Positions 24,960 to 37,341 of a DNA stretch of 64,000 nt are shown piece by piece. Location of the stretch: assembly GCA_026025075.1 (NCBI GenBank), contig JAPEUI010000024.1, forward strand, positions 1 through 64,000, read 5' to 3'. The first letter of the stretch is position 1, and every line of letters starts with the position of its first letter. The DNA is from Vezdaea acicularis. Its lineage: Eukaryota. Made by a program: the position numbers and the translations under genes. The notes beneath the pieces were generated by a model. That model ran no database searches, was not told the DNA's origin, and saw nothing but the letters and a program-made list of their open reading frames with translations.

Positions 24960-27552
24960 ATGCCATCCCCTCTTGACCGGTTACCAGATCGGATGAAGCA
25001 TATTTCTCTCACTATGTTATCTGTAGCTCTAATATTGTTAATATGTAAGCAATGTCATTACTTGCTAGATCCACAGCTCACGAATCAAGGCACCCATACC
25101 GCGAATACCGCAAGAACAGTAAACAACAATGAAGCTATTTGCTTGACGCCCGCCTGCGTCCATGCCGCGTCGGAGATCTTATACAGTCTTTCGCCAGAAT
25201 ATAAGAACATAGACCCTTGCGTCGACTTCGATGAGTTTGTTTGCGGTGGATGGGAGGAGCGTCATGACCTTAGGCCGGACCAGGGCGACGTTTTCACTGG
25301 CACCATCATGTCGGAGTCTTCGCAGACCCTCCTCCGTCATGTTTTAGAATCGTCATATCCAGAAACCTCATCTCATTCGAGGTTCTCGCCTCTTTACCTC
25401 ATGAAAGAGAGCTCCTCAATAGACCGAGAGAACTTTGGGAAATTGAAGGACGCTTATGAAGCATGTATGGATGAAGAGACCGTCAAGAAGCTAGGTCCAA
25501 AACCTCTTACAAACATTTTGGGGGAGGTGCAGAAACGGTTTCCGTTGGTAGCTTCACAACCAATGCTCAGCCCTCAATTACGTCATCAGGAACCTCTTCA
25601 ACAGGTTTCAGATAATAGACTGACAGAAACGATTTTGTTTTTGATGAGGAATGGCGTGAACTCTATGCTTTCCTTAGGAGTTGGCGCTGATGATAAAGAC
25701 CCCGATACCGTGATCATTCAGGTTTCTCCGCCGCGCTCAATTGGTTTGCCTTCGAAAGAATACTACAACAATACGAGTGTTATGTCCCGTTATCAAAGGG
25801 TGATTTCGCACTTGCTAGCTCAAGTCGGCGGTCTTGTTGATGCGGAGACCTCTGATAGGAGTAGGAAACTTGCTAAGGAAGTTGTTGACTTTGAGACCAG
25901 ACTAGCTGAAGCTTCTCCAAATGCGGAGGATGCTGACGACGTCACGAAGTATTACAATATAAGGAGCCTTAAAGAAACGGGATCTCTGCTACCTGAGCTA
26001 TCATTTGGTTATATCATAAATGATTTAGCCCCAGCAGGCTATGAGCCAGACCGTCTGATTGTTTCATCTCCTTCCTATCTAAAAGTTCTCTCAAAGACTT
26101 TGCGGGAAACCTCGGCGGAGACCATTCAGGCGTTCTTCATCTGGAAAACAATACAGCGCTACGCATCTTATGTTGATCTTGCCTCCGTCAAACCATACAT
26201 TCAGTTCAGGAACGAGCTCCAAGGTAAAGACCCGAATGCTTCGGAAGAGAGATGGAGGACTTGCGTCAAAGATATGGATAATGGACTCGGTTGGATTCTC
26301 AGCAGGTTCTTCGTTGAGAAGGCCTTTTCTGAGAGTGCAAGACAATTTGGTGATAGAATTGTCTCGGATATCAAGACACTCTTCATTGAGAAATTAAAGG
26401 CAACAGAATGGATGGAGAAGGATGTCGTAGAGCTTGCGATTGAGAAAGGTACTTGCTGCAATCCTTCAGCAGCGACTTCAGTGACCTCATATGCTAACTT
26501 ATGACCGTTTAGTGCATAATATTGTGCAGAAGATTGGATATCCTACGAAGAGCCCAAATATCTTGGACCCTGCAGAGCTGAAAAAGTTTTACAATCCTAT
26601 CAAGGTCTCGACTACAACCTATTTCGATAATGAACTGTCGTTTGCGACATTCGATGTTCTTCGCGAGTGGTCCGCGCTTGGAAAGCCAACAGACAGGAAT
26701 GAATGGGGGGTAAGTTAACGCTATAGCGAGTCCTAACATTGCCAATAGCCAGTGCTAGAGTCTGCACTTTCAGCTTGCCTACCGCTAGATCAGGACTGAC
26801 TTCCACTCATAGATGACTGTCCCGACAGTAAATGCCTACTACAATCCTGCTGGTAACGAGGTACGTTCAACAATTTCACCCAGGATAGTTAAGGTTCCTG
26901 ATGGCTCAACAGATTGTCTTTCCCGCTGGGATAATGCAATTTCCAGTCTTCGATGTCAACGTGCCAGAGTACATCAGCTATGGCGCATTCGGCTCAGTCA
27001 GCGGCCACGAGCTTTCCCATGGTTAGTCCTCTCTCATGCCACATAGATCTCACAATTAAACAGAAGTCCGCAGCATTCGACTCCACCGGACGCCACTACG
27101 ACCAAAACGGTAACTATACCGACTGGTGGACGAACCACACCGTTGCTGCGTTTGAAGAAAAAGCGGCCTGTTTCGTCGCGCAATACGGGAACTACACCGT
27201 CCCTGGCCCAGACGACAAACCGCTTCATGTCAACGGCAAGCTAACCCTGGGCGAAAACATCGCCGACGCAGGCGGGTTAACCGCCGCCTTTGCCGCATGG
27301 AAACGCCGCGAGGCTGCCAATCCTGGCCAGTCGTTGCCGGGCCTGGAGGAGTTCTCGAAAGAGCAGTTGTTCTTCATGGCGTATTCAAATTGGTGGTGTG
27401 GTAAGACGAGGAAGGAGACAGCGATTACTCGCATTTACCAGGATCCGCATGCACCGAAGTGGGCGAGGATTCTAGGGACGATGGCCAATTCGAGGGACTT
27501 TGCGGAGAGCTTCAACTGTCCGAAGAAAGAGCCTGTTTGCGAGCTGTGGTGA
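24960..27552 (+). CDS. M13 family zinc metallopeptidase (neprilysin/endothelin-converting enzyme-like), 5 exons
   Basis: N-terminal hydrophobic segment, CLTPACVHAASEIL...DPCVDFDEFVCGGW, then spliced VNAYY, IVFPAGIMQ, GHELSHAFD (HExxH), GENIADAGG and C-terminal CELW. Start ATG uncertain. Confidence 0.92.
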
Positions 27553-27927
27553 TGCTATGAGGTCGGCACTGTATGATAGTAAAGGGTACATATGTCAAGG
27601 ATTGTGCAAGATCGTCAAGTGTGTGCAAATCTTTGATGCTCAATTTCTCACAAGATTATCTGTGTTTGAATATTAGGCTTTCAGTCCTTCGGCTAGATAT
27701 AGCTCGACTGCTGCATATGCATCGTAGCTCTATGCCCTCAAGAAGCCGTGTGATAGTGGAAATAATGACATTTCAAAGAAACCGCAAAACCTGCCTCCGG
27801 AGGAAAACTGCACCAAGACTCCGTAACACTATGCCTTTCCGGGAGTGAAGAATGCCAGACGCCACGAACCGATTCTATGTCTAAACCCCTGCTGTAATCC
27901 AAATTAAACCACCCACTCAAATTCTCT

Positions 27928-29143
27928 CTAGATGACTTCCTCTCGTTCCCATCCTATTGGCTTCATGTGCTTGAAGTCTTTTGATGGATGTGGCTTCGAT
28001 GGGTCGTAGTATTGGCTGACGTACGGATTGGGGTCCTCCTTCTGTGAGAGGTTCCCCAGCGTGTGATTGACCTCCCGATGCTTCGCTTCATCTGCTCGGA
28101 TATAGTAGAGAAGATCCTTCATCGTCCTGTGACCCTCCGGCATATTCCAATATCGTACCGCGATTACGGGCGCTTCCATCTTCTGCCACAGGGGTAATTT
28201 GCCAGCTTCGAGGTCTTGGATGGCGCGAGTATAGGTAAGCACGGCTTCTTCTTCGAGGTAGCCGACGAAGCGGTGGCATGTGCGGGGCGAGACGAGGTAG
28301 GAGAGGAAGAGGGCATTGAAGAAAACACCTTGGGCGCCAAGGATCATCACTTTCATGAACCAGCCTGGTTCGGCCATGGTCAAGAAGGTGAGGAGGTGCA
28401 TTCGTTCATTGTAGGCTTCTTCGAGGAGGGTTTCGATCCTATGCAACACTCGGCGTTAGAGCTGGTACTTTGGTATAAGTCATGCGGGGTTTCTCACCAT
28501 CCGTTGTCCCGCTTCATTCGTCGAAGACTGTGCAGATGCCTCAACATGCCGCCGACCATGCCTGGTACACCAGCTACACTTTCTAAGAAGATGAACCGTA
28601 CAAGCCATTTGCGTTCGTTCATGACATATCGATCTCCAGCTATATCGGGGTCACCACTCTTGAGTTTGGCCTGCTCCTTGTCATGTCGATAACCTGTTGC
28701 AAAGTCTGTACCCCACCGAAGAAACCGTACGGTAGAGAGGGCTACCCAATCGGACCAGTTCTTGGTTTCTCGATGAGCTACTTGGATATCTTTCATTTCC
28801 TTTTCCGTGAAACTAAACATCTTAGACGTTAGTCTTTACACCAGTTGAGAGTATGAGAGAAGTTTGGTACTTACACAGGATGTGGCCATGCTGCCTCGGT
28901 TTTCCTGATGTTTGGTGAGTCAGCATCTGAGAAGGCTTCCTTTAATCTTGTCTTCCTAGATAATGAGAAGTTCCGCGAGGTTATGGGATATGGCCTTTGC
29001 CCGCTACTGAGGCGACTCAAGGAGGATATGAAGGCTGTCGATCTATGGTCTAGTACTAAGGTCGACCGGTACAAAGTACGAGACACTTGGACGGCAGCCA
29101 TCTTGGAGAGAGGTGCACCCGCAGAAATTCTAATTGTAGACAT
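27928..29143 (-). CDS. AOX1: Mitochondrial alternative oxidase, 3 exons
   Basis: Basic, Ser-rich presequence; [59 protein letters not shown] di-iron motifs. Confidence 0.97.
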
Positions 29144-29278
29144 AAAGGTATCTTTGATTCCTGCAAGAACGTCGAGAAGATAGGTTGTGGGTCTTGAAGG
29201 GTGGTTGGAAGCAAGGACATATGTCTCATATATCATGCACGACAAGAAAACTTAGGCCGGCTGAAGCGGATAACATCC

Positions 29279-29287
29279 ATATATATA
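29279..29287 (-). promoter_or_regulatory. TATA box of the AOX gene
   Basis: TATATATAT on the minus strand about 140 bp upstream of the ATG. Confidence 0.6.
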
Positions 29288-29319
29288 GCAACAGCCTCAG
29301 GCAGGCCTTCTAAGAGTTT

Positions 29320-29332
29320 CCGTCGTGCTCCG
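29320..29332 (-). promoter_or_regulatory. CGG-N7-CGG alternative-oxidase induction motif (proximal)
   Basis: Minus strand reads CGG AGCACGA CGG, about 35 bp upstream of the TATA box. Confidence 0.6.
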
Positions 29333-29467
29333 GATCGCATCTCCAGTTGTGGGATAAATCCCGTCCATGAAACTCTCGGCAAAGCAACATGGCCTTGGAC
29401 GTGCAGGGAAGCCGTTAAGCGGTGTCCCAGGGCTGGAGCGAGGAGTCGTAAGATTTCGGAGGGGCGC

Positions 29468-29480
29468 CGGGGAAATTCGG
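29468..29480 (+). promoter_or_regulatory. CGG-N7-CGG alternative-oxidase induction motif (distal)
   Basis: CGG GGAAATT CGG within a CGG cluster (a further CGG at 29457-29459). Confidence 0.65.
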
Positions 29481-30890
29481 AAAATTCGAACCTCTAGTAT
29501 CGCGACAGTGGCTGTGCGTACAAATCTCGAAGCGTCACGCGATACCCTTAGTGATGCCATAGTATTAAATGACATTGAATTCCTAACAACGTTTGGTCTA
29601 CGCTTTGTGATGCTCCAGCGCCCATATCAAGGCTCCTGAGAAGCCGCGGAGATGTCAGCACAAACACGGCGAACGTCCAGCGCATGACCTAATTCCTGAA
29701 AGAAGAATAGCTTTGGTTTGCTTTTGCTCCAAGTACATTTGAAGTTTGACTGGAATCATCTCTTGCATCTCCAACTGTCCTGAATAGCCCTTGTCGGCAG
29801 TCACTTGATGTAGAATGTGCTTTCACCTTCCTCGAGGTCCATCTCTTCCTTCTCCAATTTGACGACATGCGCAGCACTAGGGCCTTTATCTATCTCCTTG
29901 AGAAGGCACTGGATGGATAGCTCGTCCCCCTGAGCCTGTCCCTCAACCTATGGGCAAGACCTTTAGCCATGCTAGTCATGGACGTCGAGCGACTGAGGCG
30001 TATACCTTTCCATCCGAAGTGTTGCGAACCCACCCGGTGACACCATAGCTAATGGCTTTTTTCCGAGTAAAATCTCTACAAACCAGAGCATTACTTAAAA
30101 TGTTCTCCAAGATCACTTAGCGTGGTGGAGCTGTAGTACCGAAAGCAAACTCCTAGTGTCCTTAATTACTTTCGGCGTGGTTAAATTGTGTCAAGAAGCC
30201 TTGGGACGCACCTTGAACTCGGCCATGGACCCGGAAGTATATCTAAGCACCTATCAGTAGATCATAGCTTATCGGAGACCCTGCATACTCGTTTATCCAT
30301 CTTTACACGTTCTGGAAGGCTTGAAGGATACTAGCTCAATCGGAACCCGCAGCACAGGTTCTTGAAGAGAATATGACGAGTACCACGTGATTGCCTTTTG
30401 GGCTCGCCCGATCGAGCTAGAGACAATTGCTTCCGCTTCGCTAATGACGGAGCTTCCGCCGGACTGTTTACGCGCTAGGCCGATCTAAGCCTAACGGTGA
30501 TCAAGAAAGCGAAATTGCAATCGCATTGATCATTGCCCCGGAGACTGGGAGAAAATGTGCGGATGACTTGTTCTCTGGTGGTGTCGCGGAACAATTCTCT
30601 CTTGTTCATCCGCAACATTGAAATAAAAAGCACTTCCAACTCACGCGCAGAAGCGATCTGCATCGCGTCTCTTAGTATCCAACCACGAGTCCCACATCTG
30701 CAGACCAAGTGTGCCGCCCCTGAAACTTGTGACCAGCTCAGCGTCGACCGCGATTTCCTAAGATTACATCGAATTCTCATCTCTTCCGCCTCTAGAAGCT
30801 TCAATGACTTCTTAACGCCAAAGCCTCGCACTGTAGAGACCCTAGACCGACTTTCGTCACCTGTACCACCTCGCTCGCTGTCCCGGCATA

Positions 30891-32630
30891 ATGGCAACGA
30901 CGGCGGACCATTCTGTGGATGACGCTCAGCGTTCGCCGCCTGCTCTTCGAACATCATCTCCCTCACCATCAGTTTCTCCTACACCAGCAATCTTCGCATG
31001 CCCCCCACTCGAGCGCTCTATCTCAACAGCTTCTTCTGGCTCTAATGTATCTGCTCGATCATCAATATCTCGATCAGACGCTGCCGCACTCCGCAGACGC
31101 GGATATGTCAGACCTCAGCCTACGGTATTCGCCAACTCGGCCCGGTCGAGAGAGAGTGTCATGAGCTTAGGAAGTATCACTCATCTACAGCATTACTTTG
31201 CACGGACAGGCCTTCTCGATGGCAAAGGCGGCCAGATGCTTTCTGCAAAGTCTCGCAAGAAGCTACGACACTCCGGAGGAGAGGGGTCCGAAGCAGGAAG
31301 TGGGGATACATTTCTGTCTCCTATAAGTGTGTCAGAACGAGATTCAGCATACTCGTCCATGCGATCATCGCCAGAGGCTATACCCTATGATACTGCAATG
31401 TATGCATCGGACCACATGGTCGAATCGCCAATCGAAGAAAGGGAAGAGGAGTTCCTCTTTGACGATGAAAGCGGGAACAATATGCTCCCGCCAACCGTTA
31501 GTACGTATGTGCATCGCGAGAAGTTTGTTGAACCGCCCCCAGGTCTCGACGACCTACGAAGGGAATTGCGAGAATCTCTTTCCGAAGCAAAAAAGGTGTT
31601 GGATTATGCAGAAACAGAGGAACGGGCTTCTGAAGGCACAAGTTTCGAAAACGCGGAGGCAAAGAGCACTCTACATCCTACAGGCATGGTGTCGGATAGT
31701 TCAGAACAGGTTCTGCCCTCAGAATCCGGCAACGACATAAAGGCACGAACTCCACAGAACCGGAGCTCGCCATCGTCATCTCCAAAGAATCAAGGCTGGT
31801 ATGAGCTACAAGGGGTGAACATTCTCGACGTTACCACACTTGCTATCCGCGCTGCGAGGAATTACTACACTGCACATGATCAGCCTGCCAGGCTTGCAGC
31901 TATCAAGTCGGAGAGGAAGATTCGTGAGGAGCTGCATGGTGTTCTAGACGTGTTGAAGCGCATGGCAATTAGACGTTTTGCAGGAGGTATGAAGACCGAG
32001 GAACGCCAGACAATACAAGGGTGGATTGGCGAAGTTGAAAACATGTTGCATCAAGAGGAGGAAAGAGAACGGGTGGAGAAAGAGGAACGCGAAGGATGGC
32101 AATGGACACGAGGAGACTGGACTGGGAGGGAACGAGAACGGGAGTGGCTCTTCCTTAAGTCGTTCGACCCTAACCCTGAATGTCTTCCGGAGTGGACCGA
32201 AGTGAGGGAGGACACTGATCTACCGACGCCGTTCCTGAAGGAGCTCCAGAATGGCCTCCGCTTGAACCTTCTCCATAATGTGCTTGTTCGCAAGTCGAAG
32301 CGACCGTATGGTTTCATCAATGACTACCATACTGATACCTTGAAGCCGTACAGATGTGCAGACAACTTACGATATTGGGCCAAGGCTGCAGAGCTTCGAT
32401 GGGAGGTCAATCTGAAGATCAACGTCATGGGTATAGTGTACGGCCAAAGCAGGGAGGTCTGGAGAGCCTTTGATCATGAAATCTTGAAGTGGTGCACGAA
32501 AGTCCGAGAAGAGCTCACGGCAGATCTCAACGGAAGGAAGCCATCCAAAGAAGGGCCACGGATGCTGGAGGATACCAGCGCTTCCCTACCTGGTCAACCA
32601 GAGAGTGGAGATCCCCTCCTTCATGCTTGA
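30891..32630 (+). CDS. Uncharacterised fungal protein with a probable C-terminal calponin-homology-like domain
   Basis: 579-aa intronless ORF. RESVMSLGSITHLQHYFARTGLLDGKGGQ block, plus FLKELQNGLRLNLLHN...PYRCADNLRYWAKAAELRW resembling CH-fold helices (by eye). Confidence 0.8.
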   Translation: MATTADHSVDDAQRSPPALRTSSPSPSVSPTPAIFACPPLERSISTASSGSNVSARSSISRSDAAALRRRGYVRPQPTVFANSARSRESVMSLGSITHLQHYFARTGLLDGKGGQMLSAKSRKKLRHSGGEGSEAGSGDTFLSPISVSERDSAYSSMRSSPEAIPYDTAMYASDHMVESPIEEREEEFLFDDESGNNMLPPTVSTYVHREKFVEPPPGLDDLRRELRESLSEAKKVLDYAETEERASEGTSFENAEAKSTLHPTGMVSDSSEQVLPSESGNDIKARTPQNRSSPSSSPKNQGWYELQGVNILDVTTLAIRAARNYYTAHDQPARLAAIKSERKIREELHGVLDVLKRMAIRRFAGGMKTEERQTIQGWIGEVENMLHQEEERERVEKEEREGWQWTRGDWTGREREREWLFLKSFDPNPECLPEWTEVREDTDLPTPFLKELQNGLRLNLLHNVLVRKSKRPYGFINDYHTDTLKPYRCADNLRYWAKAAELRWEVNLKINVMGIVYGQSREVWRAFDHEILKWCTKVREELTADLNGRKPSKEGPRMLEDTSASLPGQPESGDPLLHA

Positions 32631-34159
32631 GGTTCTATGCACGAGCACATGCAGGCATACGGGGGACTTTTTGGATTTACGAATTTATGTTCATGATACC
32701 AGATCAGACTTAGCATGTTCAAACGAAGACGAGAGGCGTTCCACCCCTTGAGCGATTGCTTCAGCGGTCCGACGAGACCTACAGTATTTTGCTCTTGGAG
32801 CTCGCTGAATGACCCTCTACCATGCATTGTACCTTGCATCCGATGATGAGTTCGTGATTGATATGGACCAGTCACCTCTTGACGCATGTTGTGGCGACCC
32901 TCTCGCACGCAGAGGTCTCCGACAATGGCTAGCTCTCCCCGTCCATGTGATGGGCAATTTCCCGAGCCCGCTATGGCGACGGCACATAGCGAGACGGGAG
33001 AGCGGCCAGATAGTGAGCCAAGATATCGCAGCTTTTGGTTGGAATAGCCCGCTGGCTTCGGGAAGCTGCTGTAGCTAGGAGTAGATACATAATGTCAAGT
33101 CGAGACCATGGATGAGGGGAGGTATTGATTTGATATGCGGGAACTTGTAGAGAGGGCCTCGGAGGGCGACGTTGTGAGCGCCAACAGCATGCGACTGTCC
33201 GATTGAATACGCAGGCATGACCGTTTGCTATGAGCTGCTTGCGTGCAGAACGTATCATAGAAATAGTTTCCTTATTCTGTGTAGCTCATCCCCCTTTTCT
33301 TCTGAACAGTGGCCCAAACCTCGTATGGCCAACCCATCAGACATCGAGGTATGTCCATCCTGCTTGAACTTGCCAAAAGGAAAACGCTCTCGATCGGCGT
33401 TGGACGCTCGCGGAGGCCCACCTGAAACTGCTTCCGCGCCCTGAGCATCCCTGTTTAGTGGCTGCTGCAGCCTCCCCGACCGCATGGATTGGTGTCTCGC
33501 CAGAGCAGCAACTATCCTGCCTTAACCCCATCGCCAGCGAACATCATCACTCGCAAAATTTCCTAATTACGACCCCTCACCAGCCTCCACTCCTTTACTG
33601 ATCCTTCGCTCCGTGCCCGCTCGAACCTTGCTATCCGACGCACTGCATCCCACGGACCGCCTTGCTGAGCAAGACATCGCGCGTATAAGCTCGCGAGAGG
33701 GTGAGGTATTTTCGACGACGCGTTCAGCGAAAGCTTCTTCCTGAACGGGGAAATCCACCGCCAGAGCCGACGACAGTATCGACCAATTCGGCCAGTAACA
33801 AAACCTGTGAATGCAGCTTGTATTTCTCGGTATCATCGGCAAGCGCTGAAAGTACATCTCTACATCACTCACGATCATCTGGGGTCAGCACGACACTTCT
33901 TAAACGTCGTAGCTACTCTTGCGTTGGCTGTACTACGCGAACTCCGTCAGAGCAAAAAAACGGAGCTGCATGGTATTCTCCTTACCACAATTTGTCGCCA
34001 ACTTCTACTATTCGGCCTCGACTGCTTCAATCACGAAGAGGACTAAATTGCCAGCTGGTTTATCATAAGGAAGGTTTCCCGGCTGGAGTGCACCGCCTTG
34101 GGACTGCATTCTAGGCAGCCAACGCTGGACTTTTCCGTCGACGGTCATTAGCCCAGACG

Positions 34160-36751
34160 ATGGAGGGAAGGGGAGCAAAGATGGATGCCCTAATTCGCGA
34201 CACTCAGAAGTTCAGATTTCCCGATCATGGATTCGACGCACAAAAGACGATTCCAAATTCACAAAAGATCAAGTCGCCAAGAGATTTAGGGATCGACTCA
34301 AACGCCCCGACGCCCTTACCTAAAGACTCACCACTGCGCACGCCCTCCCACTCTGTTCAGAGCTCAAGTACGACAAACCAATATACCCCATCCGACATGA
34401 ATGCTACCGGCTCCTATTTCAACCCCTTTTCATTGCAGCGCACCAATTCAATATACTCCTTATCGAGGGTTTCGTTCTCAAGCCAGATCTCGCAACTTAC
34501 CTCCCTTCAACTACCCCAAGCTTCATCACTATCGTCAAGCATCACAGCGATACCTACCTCACAAGAAGCTGCTCGTGCGCTGACACTTGCCGCCGATCAA
34601 ATACGTCGATGGATTACCAAAGCTTCGGAAGTGTTGAGTGGATTGGATGCTGATGATGATATTGAGTGGGCTGCTGCTGGCGGAAGAGAAGGTCTCGGCG
34701 ATGTTGATAGTGCAATTGGGCGGTTTGAAGGACTGATAAGGGTCTATGTGGGAGCTATAGAGGAGCTCCAGTCGAGGGAAGACATCGCAAGTGTACCGCC
34801 TGACGAATTAAGGGCGGTTGTCAATCAGATGGAGGGCACCATCACCCAGTGGGACGGCGTTCGAAAACTTCTTAAAGGAGTCAAAGAACAAGTCGAGATG
34901 GCAATGGAATGGGAAGAGCTGTGGAATGTTGTTCTGGGTGACATCGGCAGCGAGATGGAGGAGATCAGCCGGCTAGTGTTTGAGATGGAGGAGAACCGCC
35001 ATAACAGCGTTACAGCAGCAACGGAAGGTAGCAATGGCATCGACATTGGCGACCTTGACACGATTGACGAGGAAAATCCGGGCGCAGGCGTCCGTACCCG
35101 TGCGAATCATCGATTCAGCTTACCCCCAGACTTCTCAGCAGCCTCTCCTGTCCAGTCACCTGGACCGACAACGGGGCACGACGACTCAAATCTTCTGGCC
35201 TTGTTTGCGAGAATGCAGCCTCTGCGCGCCTCTCTCGACTTTCTACCAATGCGGCTGGATAATTTCCAGATGAGAGCAGAAGCGATATTTCCCACGTCCT
35301 GCACTGAATTGCAAGAGAGACGCGTGGACCTGGAAAATAAGTGGAAGAGGCTTGAGGGCGATGCCGACTCATTACGGCGTGAATTAGGTGAAGACAGATG
35401 GGTCTTGGTGTTCCGTAATGCAGGCCGACAAGCTCAAAAACTTTGTGAGTCTGTTGACAGGAGCATCAAGAAACTTAAGGAAGCCATCGATTCTGGTGCT
35501 CAGCACAGCAACCCTCCGGGCCTGTGGAAGAAAGTCGAGAGCTATGAGGCTAAGAAACTTCATTACGGTCCAGCTATCCAGCGTGTGCTAGCTATCATCG
35601 ACAAGGGAGTCAAGGACAGACTGACTGTTAATGGTGAAATTATCCGCCTTGATACCAACATGAACGCTTTATGGCGCTCCCTTGAATTGGAAATGAAGGA
35701 GCTCGACCACGCGCTTGAAGAGATAGTCGCCAACAGGAATCAGAGTCAGCAGCTACGGGACTCCCTCTCTAGCATAATCTCTAATGACAGGTCAGCAACA
35801 GCCAGTGGCGCCGATACCCCTGGAAGTTCGCCAGCTTCGTCTGTTGTCACTGGCCCTTCAGCCAGCATACTCAAAACGGATCCTTCGACGCCCGCTGCCA
35901 CTAAATCCCGTCCAAACAGCATAGCACCAAGTTCCAATTCTCGCCCCAATACGAACCGACGCTATTTTAGTATGCCGCCTGGGTCCGCTGGCACATCACA
36001 TATTCCGCGCAAGAGCCCAGGTCAGAGATTGTCAAGCGGTAGCAACACAACCCTTACATCTCGTGTCGCATCGCCATCGCCTGGGGCTCGCTCTGGCCAA
36101 ACCCCAACAAATGGCAGCAGAATACAGAGGCCTTCGATGACGGGCTCCGACTCCAAACCTCGATGGAACTCAAGTGTAAATACAAGGGACACAGTGACCG
36201 GTCATAACTTCAAGGCAGCTCCTCTCAACACCCCTTCACCCCGCTCCAAGAGGTCCATGAACCCAAGTTCCACAAACTTGCGGACCACCTACTTCAAAGA
36301 CGGACGAACTCGAGAGGCGTCTCCAGCTTCAACGGTCAATAGCCCTAGCCAGCCGTCTTCCAACCGGAACTCACTCCAACTACGAACCAGTGCTCTGCCA
36401 AGCCCCAGTGCCCGCGGCATCTCGATATCACCCGCCCGCTCCTCGCTGTCAATGACAGACTCCGCACGTCCGTGTCTCGCAAAGAGGCAATCGGGTCTTT
36501 TCGAGAGCGCCTGCGCAGACGACGATGGCGCAGCTGAGGAAGCCGTTGTGGAGGACTATCTCACCGAACTACCAGAGAAGAACGGACAGACCATGAGCCT
36601 CAGCGCCGCCAAGGCCGCTATGCGCCCAAAGACCATGCCAGCAACAAGCCGAAGGCTCAGTCAACTCCCCACTAAGAGCGGAGCTGGCAGGGCCAGTGTA
36701 GCTGGGAACCGTGAGACGATGCCGAAGGATAATAAGCCGAGGTGGAGGTAG
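34160..36751 (+). CDS. KAR9: Kar9/MigA-like microtubule-capture (karyogamy/spindle orientation) protein; additional 5' exons possible from about 33325
   Basis: Helical core (MEWEELWNVVLGDIG, MQPLRASLDFLPMRL, ELGEDRWVLVFRNAGRQA, DRLTVNGEIIRL) followed by a basic Ser/Pro-rich tail with SxIP-like motifs (SHIP, SALP, SQLP). Confidence 0.85.
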   Translation: MEGRGAKMDALIRDTQKFRFPDHGFDAQKTIPNSQKIKSPRDLGIDSNAPTPLPKDSPLRTPSHSVQSSSTTNQYTPSDMNATGSYFNPFSLQRTNSIYSLSRVSFSSQISQLTSLQLPQASSLSSSITAIPTSQEAARALTLAADQIRRWITKASEVLSGLDADDDIEWAAAGGREGLGDVDSAIGRFEGLIRVYVGAIEELQSREDIASVPPDELRAVVNQMEGTITQWDGVRKLLKGVKEQVEMAMEWEELWNVVLGDIGSEMEEISRLVFEMEENRHNSVTAATEGSNGIDIGDLDTIDEENPGAGVRTRANHRFSLPPDFSAASPVQSPGPTTGHDDSNLLALFARMQPLRASLDFLPMRLDNFQMRAEAIFPTSCTELQERRVDLENKWKRLEGDADSLRRELGEDRWVLVFRNAGRQAQKLCESVDRSIKKLKEAIDSGAQHSNPPGLWKKVESYEAKKLHYGPAIQRVLAIIDKGVKDRLTVNGEIIRLDTNMNALWRSLELEMKELDHALEEIVANRNQSQQLRDSLSSIISNDRSATASGADTPGSSPASSVVTGPSASILKTDPSTPAATKSRPNSIAPSSNSRPNTNRRYFSMPPGSAGTSHIPRKSPGQRLSSGSNTTLTSRVASPSPGARSGQTPTNGSRIQRPSMTGSDSKPRWNSSVNTRDTVTGHNFKAAPLNTPSPRSKRSMNPSSTNLRTTYFKDGRTREASPASTVNSPSQPSSNRNSLQLRTSALPSPSARGISISPARSSLSMTDSARPCLAKRQSGLFESACADDDGAAEEAVVEDYLTELPEKNGQTMSLSAAKAAMRPKTMPATSRRLSQLPTKSGAGRASVAGNRETMPKDNKPRWR

Positions 36752-37341
36752 CTCACTGTACAGTACGATAGAAGAGGAGGAGGATGACCATGATGACAAG
36801 TTTGTCTCGTGTCCGACCAGTCACCGGGTCGCTCGTGGCCCACAACTTTTGCTTTCAATTTCCTTCACTTACTTAACCTCTTTGTACAGCCGTTGAACCC
36901 TCCGAGACGGGAGCGTAAGAAGTGAACGAGCGAGCGCTGTCGTTTACCCATCAGATACTCCGTTGCAGATCGCTGTCGCAGCCGGCATGGACGGCGTCTT
37001 CAACTTTTTCATTTGTTCCATGTCTTAAGTTAGCGAGCGATGTTTTCCCCTCTTTCGGGGCGTGCTTCGCCCTCTTGTACGTCTACACGGCGGCAAGGGG
37101 GGCCTTTGCAAATGTACTGTTATAGCCTCGAGTCGTGGCATTCTCTGGCTCGCTCTGAGCTGGTCGCTGGCAATCAATATCAAACTGTTTCCAAGCTTGC
37201 TAAAGTGGTTTTGTTCTAATTGTCCTGCGCCTGGATATGCTAATGCTATGCTGGCGCCGAGACGAAAATGCCTCTGGAGTTGGGAACTCTATGTAAAACT
37301 ACCTCCTGATATATACACTCTCCCTTTTCGTCCTATACGGC

